A DNA stretch of 64,000 nucleotides from a candidate division WOR_3 bacterium SM23_42 (GTDB taxonomy: Bacteria > Hydrothermota > Tepidihabitantia > SM23-42): contig LJUJ01000003.1 of assembly GCA_001303785.1 (NCBI GenBank), positions 14,027-78,026 of the forward strand, written 5' to 3'. A program made the translations under genes and the position numbers. Shown here piece by piece: positions 54,846-64,000 of this stretch (position 1 is its first letter; every line of letters begins with the position of its first letter). The notes under the pieces were generated by a model. It saw only the letters and a list, made by a program, of their open reading frames with translations, had not been told where the DNA came from and did no database searches.

Positions 54846-57266
54846 ATGGACCAAAGAATAACAACCGTCTACATTGAAGATGAAATAAAGTCTTCTTATC
54901 TCGACTACGCGATGAGTGTCATCGTGGGTCGCGCGCTGCCCGACGCACGTGATGGTCTCAAACCCGTGCAGCGCCGCATCCTCTATGCAATGTCCGAAGC
55001 TGGTTTACTGTCGAATCGTCCCTATAAGAAAGCTGCTACGGTGATCGGCGACGTTCTCGGAAAGTATCATCCGCACGGTGACATGGCCATCTACGATGCG
55101 CTTGTCCGCATGGCTCAGGATTTTTCTATGCGTTACGCGCTGGTCGATGGGCAAGGCAACTTCGGGTCTATTGATGGAGATGCACCTGCAGCCTATCGCT
55201 ACACCGAAGCCCGACTCACTTCTTTGGCCGAAGATATCCTTAAGGATCTAGGCAGAGATACTGTTGATTTTGTACCCAATTTTGATGGACGGCTGAAAGA
55301 ACCGGTAGTGCTACCCGCTAATACTCCTAATCTACTCTGCAATGGAGCATCGGGGATCGCGGTCGGCATGGCAACGAATATACCACCCCACAATCTCAGC
55401 GAAGTAACAAACGCACTGATCGCCATTATCAAAAATCCGAAAATCAAGGACGACGCCCTACTACAACTCATTCCTGGCCCAGACTTTCCAACCGGTGCAA
55501 TCATTATCGGACGAGCCGGTATAGATCAAGCATACAGGACTGGTAAGGGAAGAATAATCATCAGAGGCAAGGCGCGCATAGAAGACATGAAGGGCGGCAA
55601 GCAAGCGATCGTCATCACCGAGATTCCGTATCAGGTAAACAAGAGTTCTTTGCTCGAAAAAATCGCAAATCTGGCGCGTCAGAAGAAAGTGGAAGGTATC
55701 TCTGACCTCAGAGATGAATCTGATAAGGATGGCATAAGGATTGTCGTGGAGCTGAGGAGGGATGCGAATCCTCAAATCGTGCTAAACAATCTATATAAAT
55801 ATACGAGTCTGCAGGTGCCGTACGGCATTCAAATCTTAGCCTTGGTGTCGGATACGCCGAAGACCCTATCGCTGCGCGAAGCCTTACAGCAATTCGTCGA
55901 TTTCAGATTCGAAGTCGTGTCTCGAAGGACCAAATTCGAGCTGGCCGAAGCCGAGAAGCGAGCGCATATCCTTGAAGGTTTGAAAATAGCAATTGAAAAT
56001 ATCGACGAGGTAGTCAAAATAATAAAAAAATCGCAGGATACCAAAGTAGCAAAGCAGAGGCTAATGAAGCGTTTCTCCCTTAGTGAGGTACAAGCACAAG
56101 CGATTCTCGATATGCGCCTGGCAAGACTTACTAATCTCGAAAAAGAAAGCCTAGAAAAAGAGTATCTTGGGTTGATCAAAGAAATCGCTCGTTTGAAGTC
56201 AATACTTCGGTCGCCCAAAGGAGTATATCAAGTAATCGAGCAAGAATTGAAAACACAAGAAGAGCGCTATCGGGACCCACGAAGAACGATCATAGTTGAC
56301 GCTGAGCCGGAAGAACTCACGATTGAAGACTTGATTGGCGAAGAGGATATGGTCATCAGCCTAACTCAGCGTGGTTACATAAAGAGACAGCCTATTACTA
56401 CCTACCGGAATCAGACCCGGGGCGGTCATGGCCGGAAGATCCATGAAGTCCGGGGTGAAGATGTAGCATACCAATTACTAATTTCGAAGACGACGGATAC
56501 GTTGCTCTTTTTCTCAGATAAGGGAAAAGTATATGCGTGCAAGGTCTATGAGATACCTGAATCAGGGCCGCTCTCCAAGGGACGCTCGATTGCCAATTTG
56601 GTTCAACTCGCTGCGAATGAACGAGTTACCGCCTGCCTGGCCATCAAGGATTTCTCATCCAAGCACTACATATTCATGGCAACGAAAATGGGGAAAGTAA
56701 AGAAAACCGACCTCGTTGATTACGAAAATACGCGGAAGAAGGGCATTATCGCGATCAATCTTGCCAAAAACGATCGACTCATCGCGGCTCGACTCACCAC
56801 GGGCAAGGATTCTGTGCTCCTCACGACAAAGGATGGATTGAGTCTACGTTTCAGCGAAAAACAGATCAGACCCATGGGAAGAAATGCTGGTGGAGTGAGA
56901 GGCATACGGCTCGCCAAGGGCAACGAAGTCGTCGGCTTCAACGTCGCGCGTGCTGATGAGGACATGCTTGTCGTCGGCGAGCGAGGTAGGGGGAAAAGGG
57001 TCAAGTTCGAGGCGATTGGAGAAAAGGGGCGCGCTGGTAAAGGCATGAAGGCGATGACAATTGATGCCAAGACTGGCAAGATTGCCGGCGTGGCGAGTGT
57101 TAATGATGATGACGACCTCATCGTCATGACTAAAATCGGCAAGGTCATAAGAACACCGGTGAATGAAATCAAGGTTTTGAGCCGTCAGGCCAAAGGAGTC
57201 AAGATAATTGCCCTGGCCAAAGATGACAGCGTCGTCGCGATTGCCCCGGTCAAGGCGCAGGTATGA
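54846..57266 (+). CDS. gyrA: DNA gyrase subunit A
   Basis: [30 protein letters not shown], active-site AAMRYTE-equivalent ([10 protein letters not shown]), a C-terminal beta-pinwheel repeat region and the GyrA box QRRGGRG-like ([10 protein letters not shown]). Confidence 0.95.
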   Translation: MDQRITTVYIEDEIKSSYLDYAMSVIVGRALPDARDGLKPVQRRILYAMSEAGLLSNRPYKKAATVIGDVLGKYHPHGDMAIYDALVRMAQDFSMRYALVDGQGNFGSIDGDAPAAYRYTEARLTSLAEDILKDLGRDTVDFVPNFDGRLKEPVVLPANTPNLLCNGASGIAVGMATNIPPHNLSEVTNALIAIIKNPKIKDDALLQLIPGPDFPTGAIIIGRAGIDQAYRTGKGRIIIRGKARIEDMKGGKQAIVITEIPYQVNKSSLLEKIANLARQKKVEGISDLRDESDKDGIRIVVELRRDANPQIVLNNLYKYTSLQVPYGIQILALVSDTPKTLSLREALQQFVDFRFEVVSRRTKFELAEAEKRAHILEGLKIAIENIDEVVKIIKKSQDTKVAKQRLMKRFSLSEVQAQAILDMRLARLTNLEKESLEKEYLGLIKEIARLKSILRSPKGVYQVIEQELKTQEERYRDPRRTIIVDAEPEELTIEDLIGEEDMVISLTQRGYIKRQPITTYRNQTRGGHGRKIHEVRGEDVAYQLLISKTTDTLLFFSDKGKVYACKVYEIPESGPLSKGRSIANLVQLAANERVTACLAIKDFSSKHYIFMATKMGKVKKTDLVDYENTRKKGIIAINLAKNDRLIAARLTTGKDSVLLTTKDGLSLRFSEKQIRPMGRNAGGVRGIRLAKGNEVVGFNVARADEDMLVVGERGRGKRVKFEAIGEKGRAGKGMKAMTIDAKTGKIAGVASVNDDDDLIVMTKIGKVIRTPVNEIKVLSRQAKGVKIIALAKDDSVVAIAPVKAQV

Positions 57267-57303
57267 GACCGGCATCCACCTATTTCAACGAATAGCTTCT
57301 GGA

Positions 57304-57741
57304 ATGAGAAAACCCTGGGATCAGTACTTCATGTCGATTGCTGAGCTGGTTGCACAGCGGTCTACGTGTCTGAGACGCCAGGTTGGCGCCGTTATCGTCA
57401 AGAACAAACGTATCTTGGCCACCGGCTACAACGGGGCGCCAGGTGGCATTGCCCATTGTGAAGAAGTTGGCTGTGTACGGGGCAAAATGGGGGTTGCCTC
57501 AGGCGAGCGTCATGAACTGTGCCGTGGTGTTCATGCCGAACAAAATGCGCTCATTCAGGCTGCTACCTTTGGCGCCAGCGTGATAGGCGCCACCATCTAC
57601 TCAACGCATCAGCCCTGCTTCATCTGTACGAAAATGTTGATCAACGCCAAGGTCGAAAAAATAATCTATAAAAAAGAATATCCTGATGAACTGGCGATCG
57701 GCATGCTGAACGAAGCAGGAATCGAGTTTCTGAAGCTGTAA
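57304..57741 (+). CDS. comEB: dCMP deaminase (cytidine/deoxycytidylate deaminase family)
   Basis: HAEQNAL...PCFICTKM zinc-binding motifs (H-x-E, PC-x2-C). Start placed at the internal MRKPWDQYF (57304); the longer ORF overlaps gyrA. Confidence 0.8.
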   Translation: MRKPWDQYFMSIAELVAQRSTCLRRQVGAVIVKNKRILATGYNGAPGGIAHCEEVGCVRGKMGVASGERHELCRGVHAEQNALIQAATFGASVIGATIYSTHQPCFICTKMLINAKVEKIIYKKEYPDELAIGMLNEAGIEFLKL

Positions 57742-57852
57742 GAAAAATCCTCTACAAGATTGTTGGTGATTTCTCCAGTAAATCTATAAGCTAATACCTC
57801 TTGAAATATCACTTCGTGCTTGCACTTACGAACTGCCTTGTAACGCCTGTAA

Positions 57853-60825
57853 CTATCGTGCCACCATCAAGGATTTTGTTTCAATATATTGGCCAGCCAT
57901 AAAACGATAGAAGTACACTCCATTGGCTAGTCTTCTGCCGGCAATATCATCGACATCGATACTTATCCCGTAATAACCATATGACAGATTTTCATCCATC
58001 AACACAGCTATTTCTTGGCCGGTGACATCATAGAGCCTGATTTCTACCCTGCACGGTTCTGGGATTGCGTATTTTATCAACGTTCTACTCGAAGATGGAT
58101 TCGGGCAGTTCTGCTGAATAGAAAAGACGGTCGGCCGACCGGCTGATTGATTCTCTTCTATTGCCAACGGCGGGATTGTGAAGTCTCCGTCACTTTCGTC
58201 ATAATTGGCAGAAAATGCTAGGTAAGTAACCTTCACCCTGCCTTCGGTCGTCGGTGTGTTTGGTACGGACCAGGTATGAATACCGTCGTCCGGGGTATCG
58301 GAATCGATTATCAGCCAGCTCGATCCACCGTTGGTAGAATATTCGACAGCAACGTTGCCGTCGATGCCTGCCGGCGCCCAAGTGATATCGTGACTCTCTC
58401 CGATATGCCAGGTTTCACCACCATTGGGTGCGGTCACGACAATCTGACTGCAGACAGTGAAGTCAGCGTCACTCTGGTCAAAGACCGCAGGATCACTAAT
58501 ACTAGTAATCTTGACCTGATAATCAGTGCCCGGCAGTTGTCCCGCGGGTATGTTCCAACTGTACGACCCACTGTTAGCCGTGCTGCTCACTATCGTGCTG
58601 TTAAAAACGCCGCCCTTGTAGAGTTCGATCTTCACATCGCCACTCACTCCGCTACTCATCCAGGTAATTTCGTAAGAATTTCCGCGTATCCAACCCTCAC
58701 CACCATTCGGCGATGTGACGGTGATGCCGTATTCTGTAATTGCGAAGTCACCATCACTCTCATCATAATTGGCAGCGCAAGTCAAATGAGTTGCCTTGAC
58801 CCTACCTTGAGTTGTCGGTGTAGCGGGTATGGTCCACGGGTAACTACCGTTATCTAATGTGTCCGAGGTCACCGTATTCCAGGTCGACCCAGCATCGGTC
58901 GAGTACTCTATCGAAACGTTGCCGCCGATGCCTGCCGGCGCCCAGGTGATATCATAGGTCTCACCGATATGCCAGGTTTCACCACCATTGGGTGCGGTTA
59001 CGATGATCTGACTACAAATGGTAAAATCTGCGTCACTATGGTCAAAGACTGCAGGATCATTAATACTAATTATTTTAACCTGATAGTCAGTGCCCGGTAG
59101 TTGCCCCGCAGGTATTACCCAATTGTACGACCCACTATTAGCTGTGCTGCTTACTATCGTGCTGTTAAAAACACCACCCTTGTAGAGTTCAATCTTCACG
59201 TCGCCGCTCACCCCGTTACTCGTCCAGGTAATATCGTAGGCATTCCCCCGTATCCAGCATTCACCGCCATTCGGCACGGTCACTATAATATAATCACCGA
59301 TATTGTAAGAAATACTCATTTCATACAGACACGGCAACAAGGCAGGATTAGTATAGATTAGCGATGTCATATACTGAATGTATTGAGAATTCAATGAATC
59401 TGGCACCGGTTCACCGTTACCTAACATGCACCAATCCGACCAGGTCGGGTCATAAGAAGGCGTATTACCAGTTCTAACACAGCACTCAATTGATGCCCCA
59501 GATGGCAGACTATCATCCCACTCAACCGTACCCCAGTCGCTGGTCTGTCCAGCATCGAACACCGAAGAGATATATGGTTCGTTGTAGTTGCGATCATAGA
59601 CATTACCGATCTCACGAAACATGCCGTGATGATCATTGTTCACTGGTAATTCCGTGTAAGTCGTGAATTCACTTCCCCAAAACACATAGCTGTGTGAACC
59701 GGGTGTAATCGCGTTGCTGAAGATATCTAAGTCACCATCATTATCGAAATCAGCGACTAGCCCTCCACTAGCTTCGATTGGAATACCGATATACGATATA
59801 CTAGTATCATGATAACCGGCAGCACTGCCCCAGTATATTTCCTGCTGGTGCTTTCCATACCCTCCACGGTGAAAGACGATATCCAAGTAGCCATCTTTGT
59901 TAATATCCGCTGCAGCACTTCCTCCGTAACAATAACCTGGATTCAGCACCTGCATATTTGAACCGGAGTAGCCAGTTGAATCACCCCAATATATGTGTGC
60001 CGCCGGATCATACCAATAAGTATACACAATATCGAGGAAGGCGTCGCAGTTCAGGTCGGCCACAGTGACACCATGTGAACCCCAAATAGCCGGGAAGGAA
60101 GTGAAGTTCGTCGGTGAAAATCCCGTACTCGCTCCCCAATATATTCGGTAGGTTTCAGTTGGCCACGTTGCGGCCACGAATAGTACGTCGAGCCAATTAT
60201 CCTTGTTGAAATCCGCCACTTCAATGTTATGCTGACCCATTTCCACAGGTAGGTCGATGCGATTGCTGAAGTTGAAACCAGACGCGCTTCCCCAAAAGAC
60301 AGATCCGTATCCCGGCAAGGTTACATCCATGGCGATATCCAGGTAGCCATCCTTATTGAAGTCGGCTACAAAGCAGGCCTCACCTTCTGCCTGTAGAAGC
60401 ATTATATCTGAATAACCATAAGGACCGGGGCCCGTGGGGCTACCCCAGTACACCGTGAGCTTCGGAGTGTACTTATGAGTCACAATGAAATCAGCGTAGC
60501 CATCATTATCGACATCAGCGGCATCGCAATTACCGGAACCACTACTTGGAAATTGGGTCAAGCTGCCAGGTGAATAGCCACTCGCACTGCCCCAGTATAA
60601 TTTTACGTATGGACCATGACGATCCGCGGTAAATAAGTCGATATAACCGTCGTTGTTCAGGTCGAATCTGGGCGCGAATTCTACGGCGCCTCCGTCAAGA
60701 TGTGAGGCGTAGATATTTCTTTCGAAAATACCATCTGCGAAATCTTCTTGAGTGGTCTCGGTCCAAAGGCTTGCGTGGGCCATGCACACAATAAGTATTG
60801 AACACACGAATGGCCTCACAATCAT
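57853..60825 (-). CDS. Large secreted protein: FG-GAP-like repeats + 4 tandem Ig-like (Kre9/KNH-like, PNGGExW) domains + T9SS-type C-terminal sorting domain
   Basis: Signal peptide; about 7 repeats of the D.N.DGY.D. calcium-binding FG-GAP type with YWG motifs. Four domains begin (I/V)TAPNGGE(T/G)W...ITW. The C-terminus LANGVYFYRF...ETKSLMVAR resembles T9SS C-terminal domains. Confidence 0.7.
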   Translation of the reverse strand: MIVRPFVCSILIVCMAHASLWTETTQEDFADGIFERNIYASHLDGGAVEFAPRFDLNNDGYIDLFTADRHGPYVKLYWGSASGYSPGSLTQFPSSGSGNCDAADVDNDGYADFIVTHKYTPKLTVYWGSPTGPGPYGYSDIMLLQAEGEACFVADFNKDGYLDIAMDVTLPGYGSVFWGSASGFNFSNRIDLPVEMGQHNIEVADFNKDNWLDVLFVAATWPTETYRIYWGASTGFSPTNFTSFPAIWGSHGVTVADLNCDAFLDIVYTYWYDPAAHIYWGDSTGYSGSNMQVLNPGYCYGGSAAADINKDGYLDIVFHRGGYGKHQQEIYWGSAAGYHDTSISYIGIPIEASGGLVADFDNDGDLDIFSNAITPGSHSYVFWGSEFTTYTELPVNNDHHGMFREIGNVYDRNYNEPYISSVFDAGQTSDWGTVEWDDSLPSGASIECCVRTGNTPSYDPTWSDWCMLGNGEPVPDSLNSQYIQYMTSLIYTNPALLPCLYEMSISYNIGDYIIVTVPNGGECWIRGNAYDITWTSNGVSGDVKIELYKGGVFNSTIVSSTANSGSYNWVIPAGQLPGTDYQVKIISINDPAVFDHSDADFTICSQIIVTAPNGGETWHIGETYDITWAPAGIGGNVSIEYSTDAGSTWNTVTSDTLDNGSYPWTIPATPTTQGRVKATHLTCAANYDESDGDFAITEYGITVTSPNGGEGWIRGNSYEITWMSSGVSGDVKIELYKGGVFNSTIVSSTANSGSYSWNIPAGQLPGTDYQVKITSISDPAVFDQSDADFTVCSQIVVTAPNGGETWHIGESHDITWAPAGIDGNVAVEYSTNGGSSWLIIDSDTPDDGIHTWSVPNTPTTEGRVKVTYLAFSANYDESDGDFTIPPLAIEENQSAGRPTVFSIQQNCPNPSSSRTLIKYAIPEPCRVEIRLYDVTGQEIAVLMDENLSYGYYGISIDVDDIAGRRLANGVYFYRFMAGQYIETKSLMVAR
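58174..59292. repeat. Intragenic tandem duplication (2 x ~565 bp) encoding two pairs of alternating Ig-like domains
   Basis: Near-identical DNA blocks, e.g. ...gatatgccaggtttcaccaccattgggtgcggt(c/t)acga... at ~58420 and ~58965. Protein residues 512-699 versus 700-884 are >85% identical. Confidence 0.6.
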
Positions 60826-60951
60826 ATACCCTCCTTATACTATGTATTTACCTCAACAGGAAATTACTGCACACGAATTAGCGGAAATTTAGCAATTACC
60901 TAGATCATTTAGATACGTCTACCCCCTTTACCGTGACAGGGCCGATACTCC

Positions 60952-63069
60952 TCAATCGAGTACAACTATTTTCTCAGTCTTGTTTATTCCTTCACCTTCT
61001 ACTTTGTATAGATATACACCTGCTGGTACCTTGCGCCCAGAATTGTCTCTTCCGTTCCAAATTGCCACTGCGTGGGTTTCTGAATATTCAATTTCATCTA
61101 TTGTGCGCACCAACTCTCCTATGATATTATATATCTTCACGGAAATCGCTGCCTCGCTAATTGGCGTAACGGATATGACTGTCCGGGCGCTAAAGGGGTT
61201 TGGACGGCATGTTATGTCTATATAGTAATCGGTGCCGATCACACATACCGTATCATACCCATGGAACGATGTTCCATCATACAGCTGACCCGTCACCTGA
61301 AACTCCACGGCTGACGCGGGCATGACTCCGGATAAATCCTGAACATTGAACTCGGCAATGAAGAATTCAGGCGTCGCGCTACCCAAAACCGCTAGTGCTC
61401 CCTCGCACCCGATAGTTGAAAGGTCAATGTCTTCATGATCATAGCCAGTGGGTAGAGTAATAAGCGCAGTGAATCTACCTTGACTCCCCAGATTGATCGT
61501 CTCCGGCTTAATACTGACGACCGCGTTTATCTGTGCCGCACCGTCATACGTGATGCTCACCTCTTTGAGCGACGGCAGGTAGCATGGATTATCGTAAGTA
61601 AACCCTGCTTTGTATTGCAGATAACGGGCGTTTAAGGCATCGGGGATCGAATCGCCGTTATTGACTGAACACCAATCCGACCATGTCGTGTCAGGAATAG
61701 CCGTGCTTCCACTACGCACCCAAAACAGAACAGCTGAACCGGTTGGAGTATCAGCACACCACTCGATCGTGCCCCAATCAGTACATGCATAAGCATCGAG
61801 TATTGAAGACGCATAGTCTTCGCAGTATGCACGATCGTAGACATTACCGATCTCTCGGAACACACCATGATGGTCTTGGATGGCCGGCAGTACGTTACAA
61901 GTGCTGAATGAAGGACCATAAAAGACGTAACTGTGTGTGGTAGGCGTTCTCGTATTGCAGAAGATATCTAAATGTCCATCGATGTTAAGATCTGCTACGA
62001 GGCCACCTGATGTCTCAAGGGGAATACAGGCGTCAACATAATTGCTGTTCGAGTAACCCGACGCACTTCCCCAGTATATCTTCTGGTATGCAACACCATA
62101 CCCTCCTCTATGGTATATTATGTCCAGATACGAATCTTTATTCATGTCAGCAACTGAACTGCCTCCGTAGCAATATCCCGGATCCAGAATCTGCATATTT
62201 GATGGCGAATAACCCGACTCATCACCCCAGTATATGTAGGATTGTGGATCATACCATCCTGTGCTCACTACATCAAGCCAGCCATCAGCGTCAAGGTCTG
62301 CAATCGAGGTGCCGGTGTTGCCGCCCGGACCCATTATTACGCTCATGTTTGACGGAATAAAACCGTTGCTACTTCCCCAGTATATTCTAATCGGGCTCGA
62401 GTCATAGCCGTAGTACTCTATGAAAAGAATATCGAGCCACGTGTCCTGGTTAAAATCAGCCACCTCAATATTATGGATACCGAAATACACAGGTAAATCA
62501 GTACGGTTGTTTATGTCGTATCCGCTGGCACTTCCCCAGAGAACCGCACCGTTACCCGGAGTGAATTCCTGTGATGTTGCAATATCCAAGTAGCCATCTT
62601 TGTCGAAGTCTGCCACAAACACACCTTGTCGATTGTAAGCAACCATCGGAAAATCAAGAGAGCTCTGCGGGTTAGGCCCGGCTGCGCTACCCGCATAGAT
62701 CGAAACCTTCTCAAAGTAGTGTGCAACCACAAACTCAGGATACCCATCACCATCCAGGTCTGCTGCATCGCAATTCGCTCCACCGCTACTCGGAAACATA
62801 GTCACGTTGCTTGGCGAATAACCGCTTGCATCACCCCAGTAGATCCTCACATATGGACCGTACCGGTCCGCAGTGAACACATCTATATAGCCATCGCCGT
62901 TGAGGTCAAATCTGGGCGCGAATTCTACAGTACCGCTATCAAGATGCGAGGCGTAAATATCCCTTTCGAAAATACCATCTGCGAAATCTTCTTGCGTGGT
63001 CTCGGTCCAGATACTTGCGTAGGCTGTACAGATAATACATACTGCACTTATGAATAACCTTGTGATCAT
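60952..63069 (-). CDS. Paralogous secreted FG-GAP-repeat protein with T9SS-type C-terminal sorting domain
   Basis: The first ~75 aa are nearly identical to the upstream paralog (…WTETTQEDFADGIFER.IYASHLD.G.VEFAPRFDLN.DGYID.FTADR.GPYV). Same FG-GAP/YWG repeats. C-terminus ...VPAGVYLYKVEGEGINKTEKIVVLD. Confidence 0.7.
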   Translation of the reverse strand: MITRLFISAVCIICTAYASIWTETTQEDFADGIFERDIYASHLDSGTVEFAPRFDLNGDGYIDVFTADRYGPYVRIYWGDASGYSPSNVTMFPSSGGANCDAADLDGDGYPEFVVAHYFEKVSIYAGSAAGPNPQSSLDFPMVAYNRQGVFVADFDKDGYLDIATSQEFTPGNGAVLWGSASGYDINNRTDLPVYFGIHNIEVADFNQDTWLDILFIEYYGYDSSPIRIYWGSSNGFIPSNMSVIMGPGGNTGTSIADLDADGWLDVVSTGWYDPQSYIYWGDESGYSPSNMQILDPGYCYGGSSVADMNKDSYLDIIYHRGGYGVAYQKIYWGSASGYSNSNYVDACIPLETSGGLVADLNIDGHLDIFCNTRTPTTHSYVFYGPSFSTCNVLPAIQDHHGVFREIGNVYDRAYCEDYASSILDAYACTDWGTIEWCADTPTGSAVLFWVRSGSTAIPDTTWSDWCSVNNGDSIPDALNARYLQYKAGFTYDNPCYLPSLKEVSITYDGAAQINAVVSIKPETINLGSQGRFTALITLPTGYDHEDIDLSTIGCEGALAVLGSATPEFFIAEFNVQDLSGVMPASAVEFQVTGQLYDGTSFHGYDTVCVIGTDYYIDITCRPNPFSARTVISVTPISEAAISVKIYNIIGELVRTIDEIEYSETHAVAIWNGRDNSGRKVPAGVYLYKVEGEGINKTEKIVVLD

Positions 63070-63195
63070 AAACCCTCCTCTTTTACAGCGTTACTCTTTC
63101 ATGCTTATTTACAACAAAATTCTCTATTTATATTATAATATTCACCCCTGCAAAGTCAAGTGAACATATGTTTACATGGTCGATTAAACCATTGT

Positions 63196-63993
63196 CTATT
63201 TTGCAACAACGGTTAAGTGATGAGCAAAATGTGATAGCGGCGTGCGAACGAGAAACTCGTTCAGAGGCCTCAACATATTATACAAAGGGTTTACGATTTT
63301 ATAAGGATGATTGAACAACATATCCACCCTTTCCGAATAGACACTTCGAAATCCTCCAGCACGCAGCAGTTCTTCGATACCCCTGAGATTCCACAAATAG
63401 GGATGAGCTTCCAAGCCCATGTTCCGCGCCAAGAATTCTGTATACGAATTACGACGCGGCAGTTGAAAAACATAGAACAGTCCACCGGGCCTCAATACCC
63501 TTCTTATTTCGCGCAACACCTGCGGCAGTTCTTCAGGTGGGATGTGTTCGAGTACTGCATAAGCAAAGACAACATCAAAATACCTATCTGGAAATGGCTG
63601 TCTTGCACCATCATAGAACCTGAAATCTACGGAAACCTTAGTTTGAATCACGCTCCAAACACTTTTCATACTTTCATCACGGGTACTGATATGGGACTCA
63701 GCTTTGCCCCGGAAAAAGTTGTTCAAGGACTTATCCTCAACCGTCTCTAAGCCGTAAACCTCATAATTGTGCTTGGCCAAGAGATAAGATTGCAAACCGA
63801 TACCACAACCGAAATCAAGAATTTTCTGTGGTGGTGGTGATAGTCTTTTCAGCAACTCCAAATCATGCAGGACATTGCGCACGTGAGCTTTTGAAGAATA
63901 AGCACGAAAACACTTTCTTAGAAAAGCGAGATCGGTTGAAGAGACCCTTCCTTTCAGTTCATCCCAGATAGGAGCGATTGGATTCGCCATCAC
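63196..63993 (-). CDS. Class I SAM-dependent methyltransferase
   Basis: Motif I ILDFGCGIGLQS, an acidic residue after beta2 (YGLE), and motif post-I/II consistent with a Methyltransf_11/12-like fold. Confidence 0.7.
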   Translation of the reverse strand: MMANPIAPIWDELKGRVSSTDLAFLRKCFRAYSSKAHVRNVLHDLELLKRLSPPPQKILDFGCGIGLQSYLLAKHNYEVYGLETVEDKSLNNFFRGKAESHISTRDESMKSVWSVIQTKVSVDFRFYDGARQPFPDRYFDVVFAYAVLEHIPPEELPQVLREIRRVLRPGGLFYVFQLPRRNSYTEFLARNMGLEAHPYLWNLRGIEELLRAGGFRSVYSERVDMLFNHPYKIVNPLYNMLRPLNEFLVRTPLSHFAHHLTVVAK

Positions 63994-64000
63994 ACGATTA

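Noticed and set aside
1-64000. CRISPR arrays, integrases/transposases, phage or plasmid modules
   Set aside because: I found no regularly spaced direct repeats with unique spacers. No recombinase, transposase, or phage structural gene was recognised. The lone tRNA-Ala is not flanked by integrase or direct repeats. The window looks like core chromosome with some accessory signalling/secretion genes.

Overview
This looks like a dense chromosomal segment of an uncultured bacterium, with about 55 genes on both strands. I found no transposase or integrase, no CRISPR array and no rRNA; the only RNA gene is a tRNA-Ala(TGC). Several promoters match the sigma70 TTGACA/TATAAT consensus, several ribosome binding sites are AGGAG-type, and there are ATGA stop/start overlaps. 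Two large paralogous secreted proteins carry FG-GAP repeats plus a T9SS-type C-terminal sorting domain, and two GWxTD-domain proteins are present. Together these suggest an FCB-superphylum-like or candidate-phylum lineage, but this is inference only.

Recognisable content in order along the window:
- RuvB 3-prime end, an outer-membrane beta-barrel protein and tRNA-Ala.
- A membrane dipeptidase, a PBP4-type D-Ala-D-Ala carboxypeptidase, YceD, PtsN and an orphan HslU.
- A GH13 amylase, UvrB, NadC and FolC.
- A cusCBA-type heavy-metal RND efflux operon with DUF302 and SHOCT proteins, preceded by an ECF sigma and an anti-sigma whose periplasmic tail is Cys/His-rich.
- An iscR (Rrf2) / PurM-like / nifS / nifU Fe-S cluster operon.
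- A second ECF sigma / zinc-finger anti-sigma / beta-helix membrane protein module.
- A 687-aa GreA-family factor, a PDZ protein and a membrane protein.
- coaE, fabF, acpP and fabG.
- A four-gene citrate-to-2-oxoglutarate operon: citrate synthase, a LeuC/LeuD-type hydro-lyase, and an isocitrate dehydrogenase carrying a lysine-rich N-terminal tail.
- Acylphosphatase and RlmN.
- A three-gene signalling operon: a zinc-ribbon + degenerate cyclase + STAND NTPase + TPR protein, then a 215-aa zinc-ribbon + cyclase protein, then a HEAT-repeat protein.
- hsp20 and lon, translationally coupled to two GWxTD-domain proteins, followed by NYN-domain and PHP phosphatase genes.
- gyrA, dCMP deaminase, the two FG-GAP/T9SS paralogs, and a SAM methyltransferase.

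The candidate I consider most novel is the pair of cyclase-homology proteins whose catalytic residues are split between them, mammalian C1/C2-style. They sit in an operon with a STAND NTPase/TPR module and a HEAT protein, next to heat-shock proteostasis genes.

All calls rest on motif recognition by eye. No database search was run.
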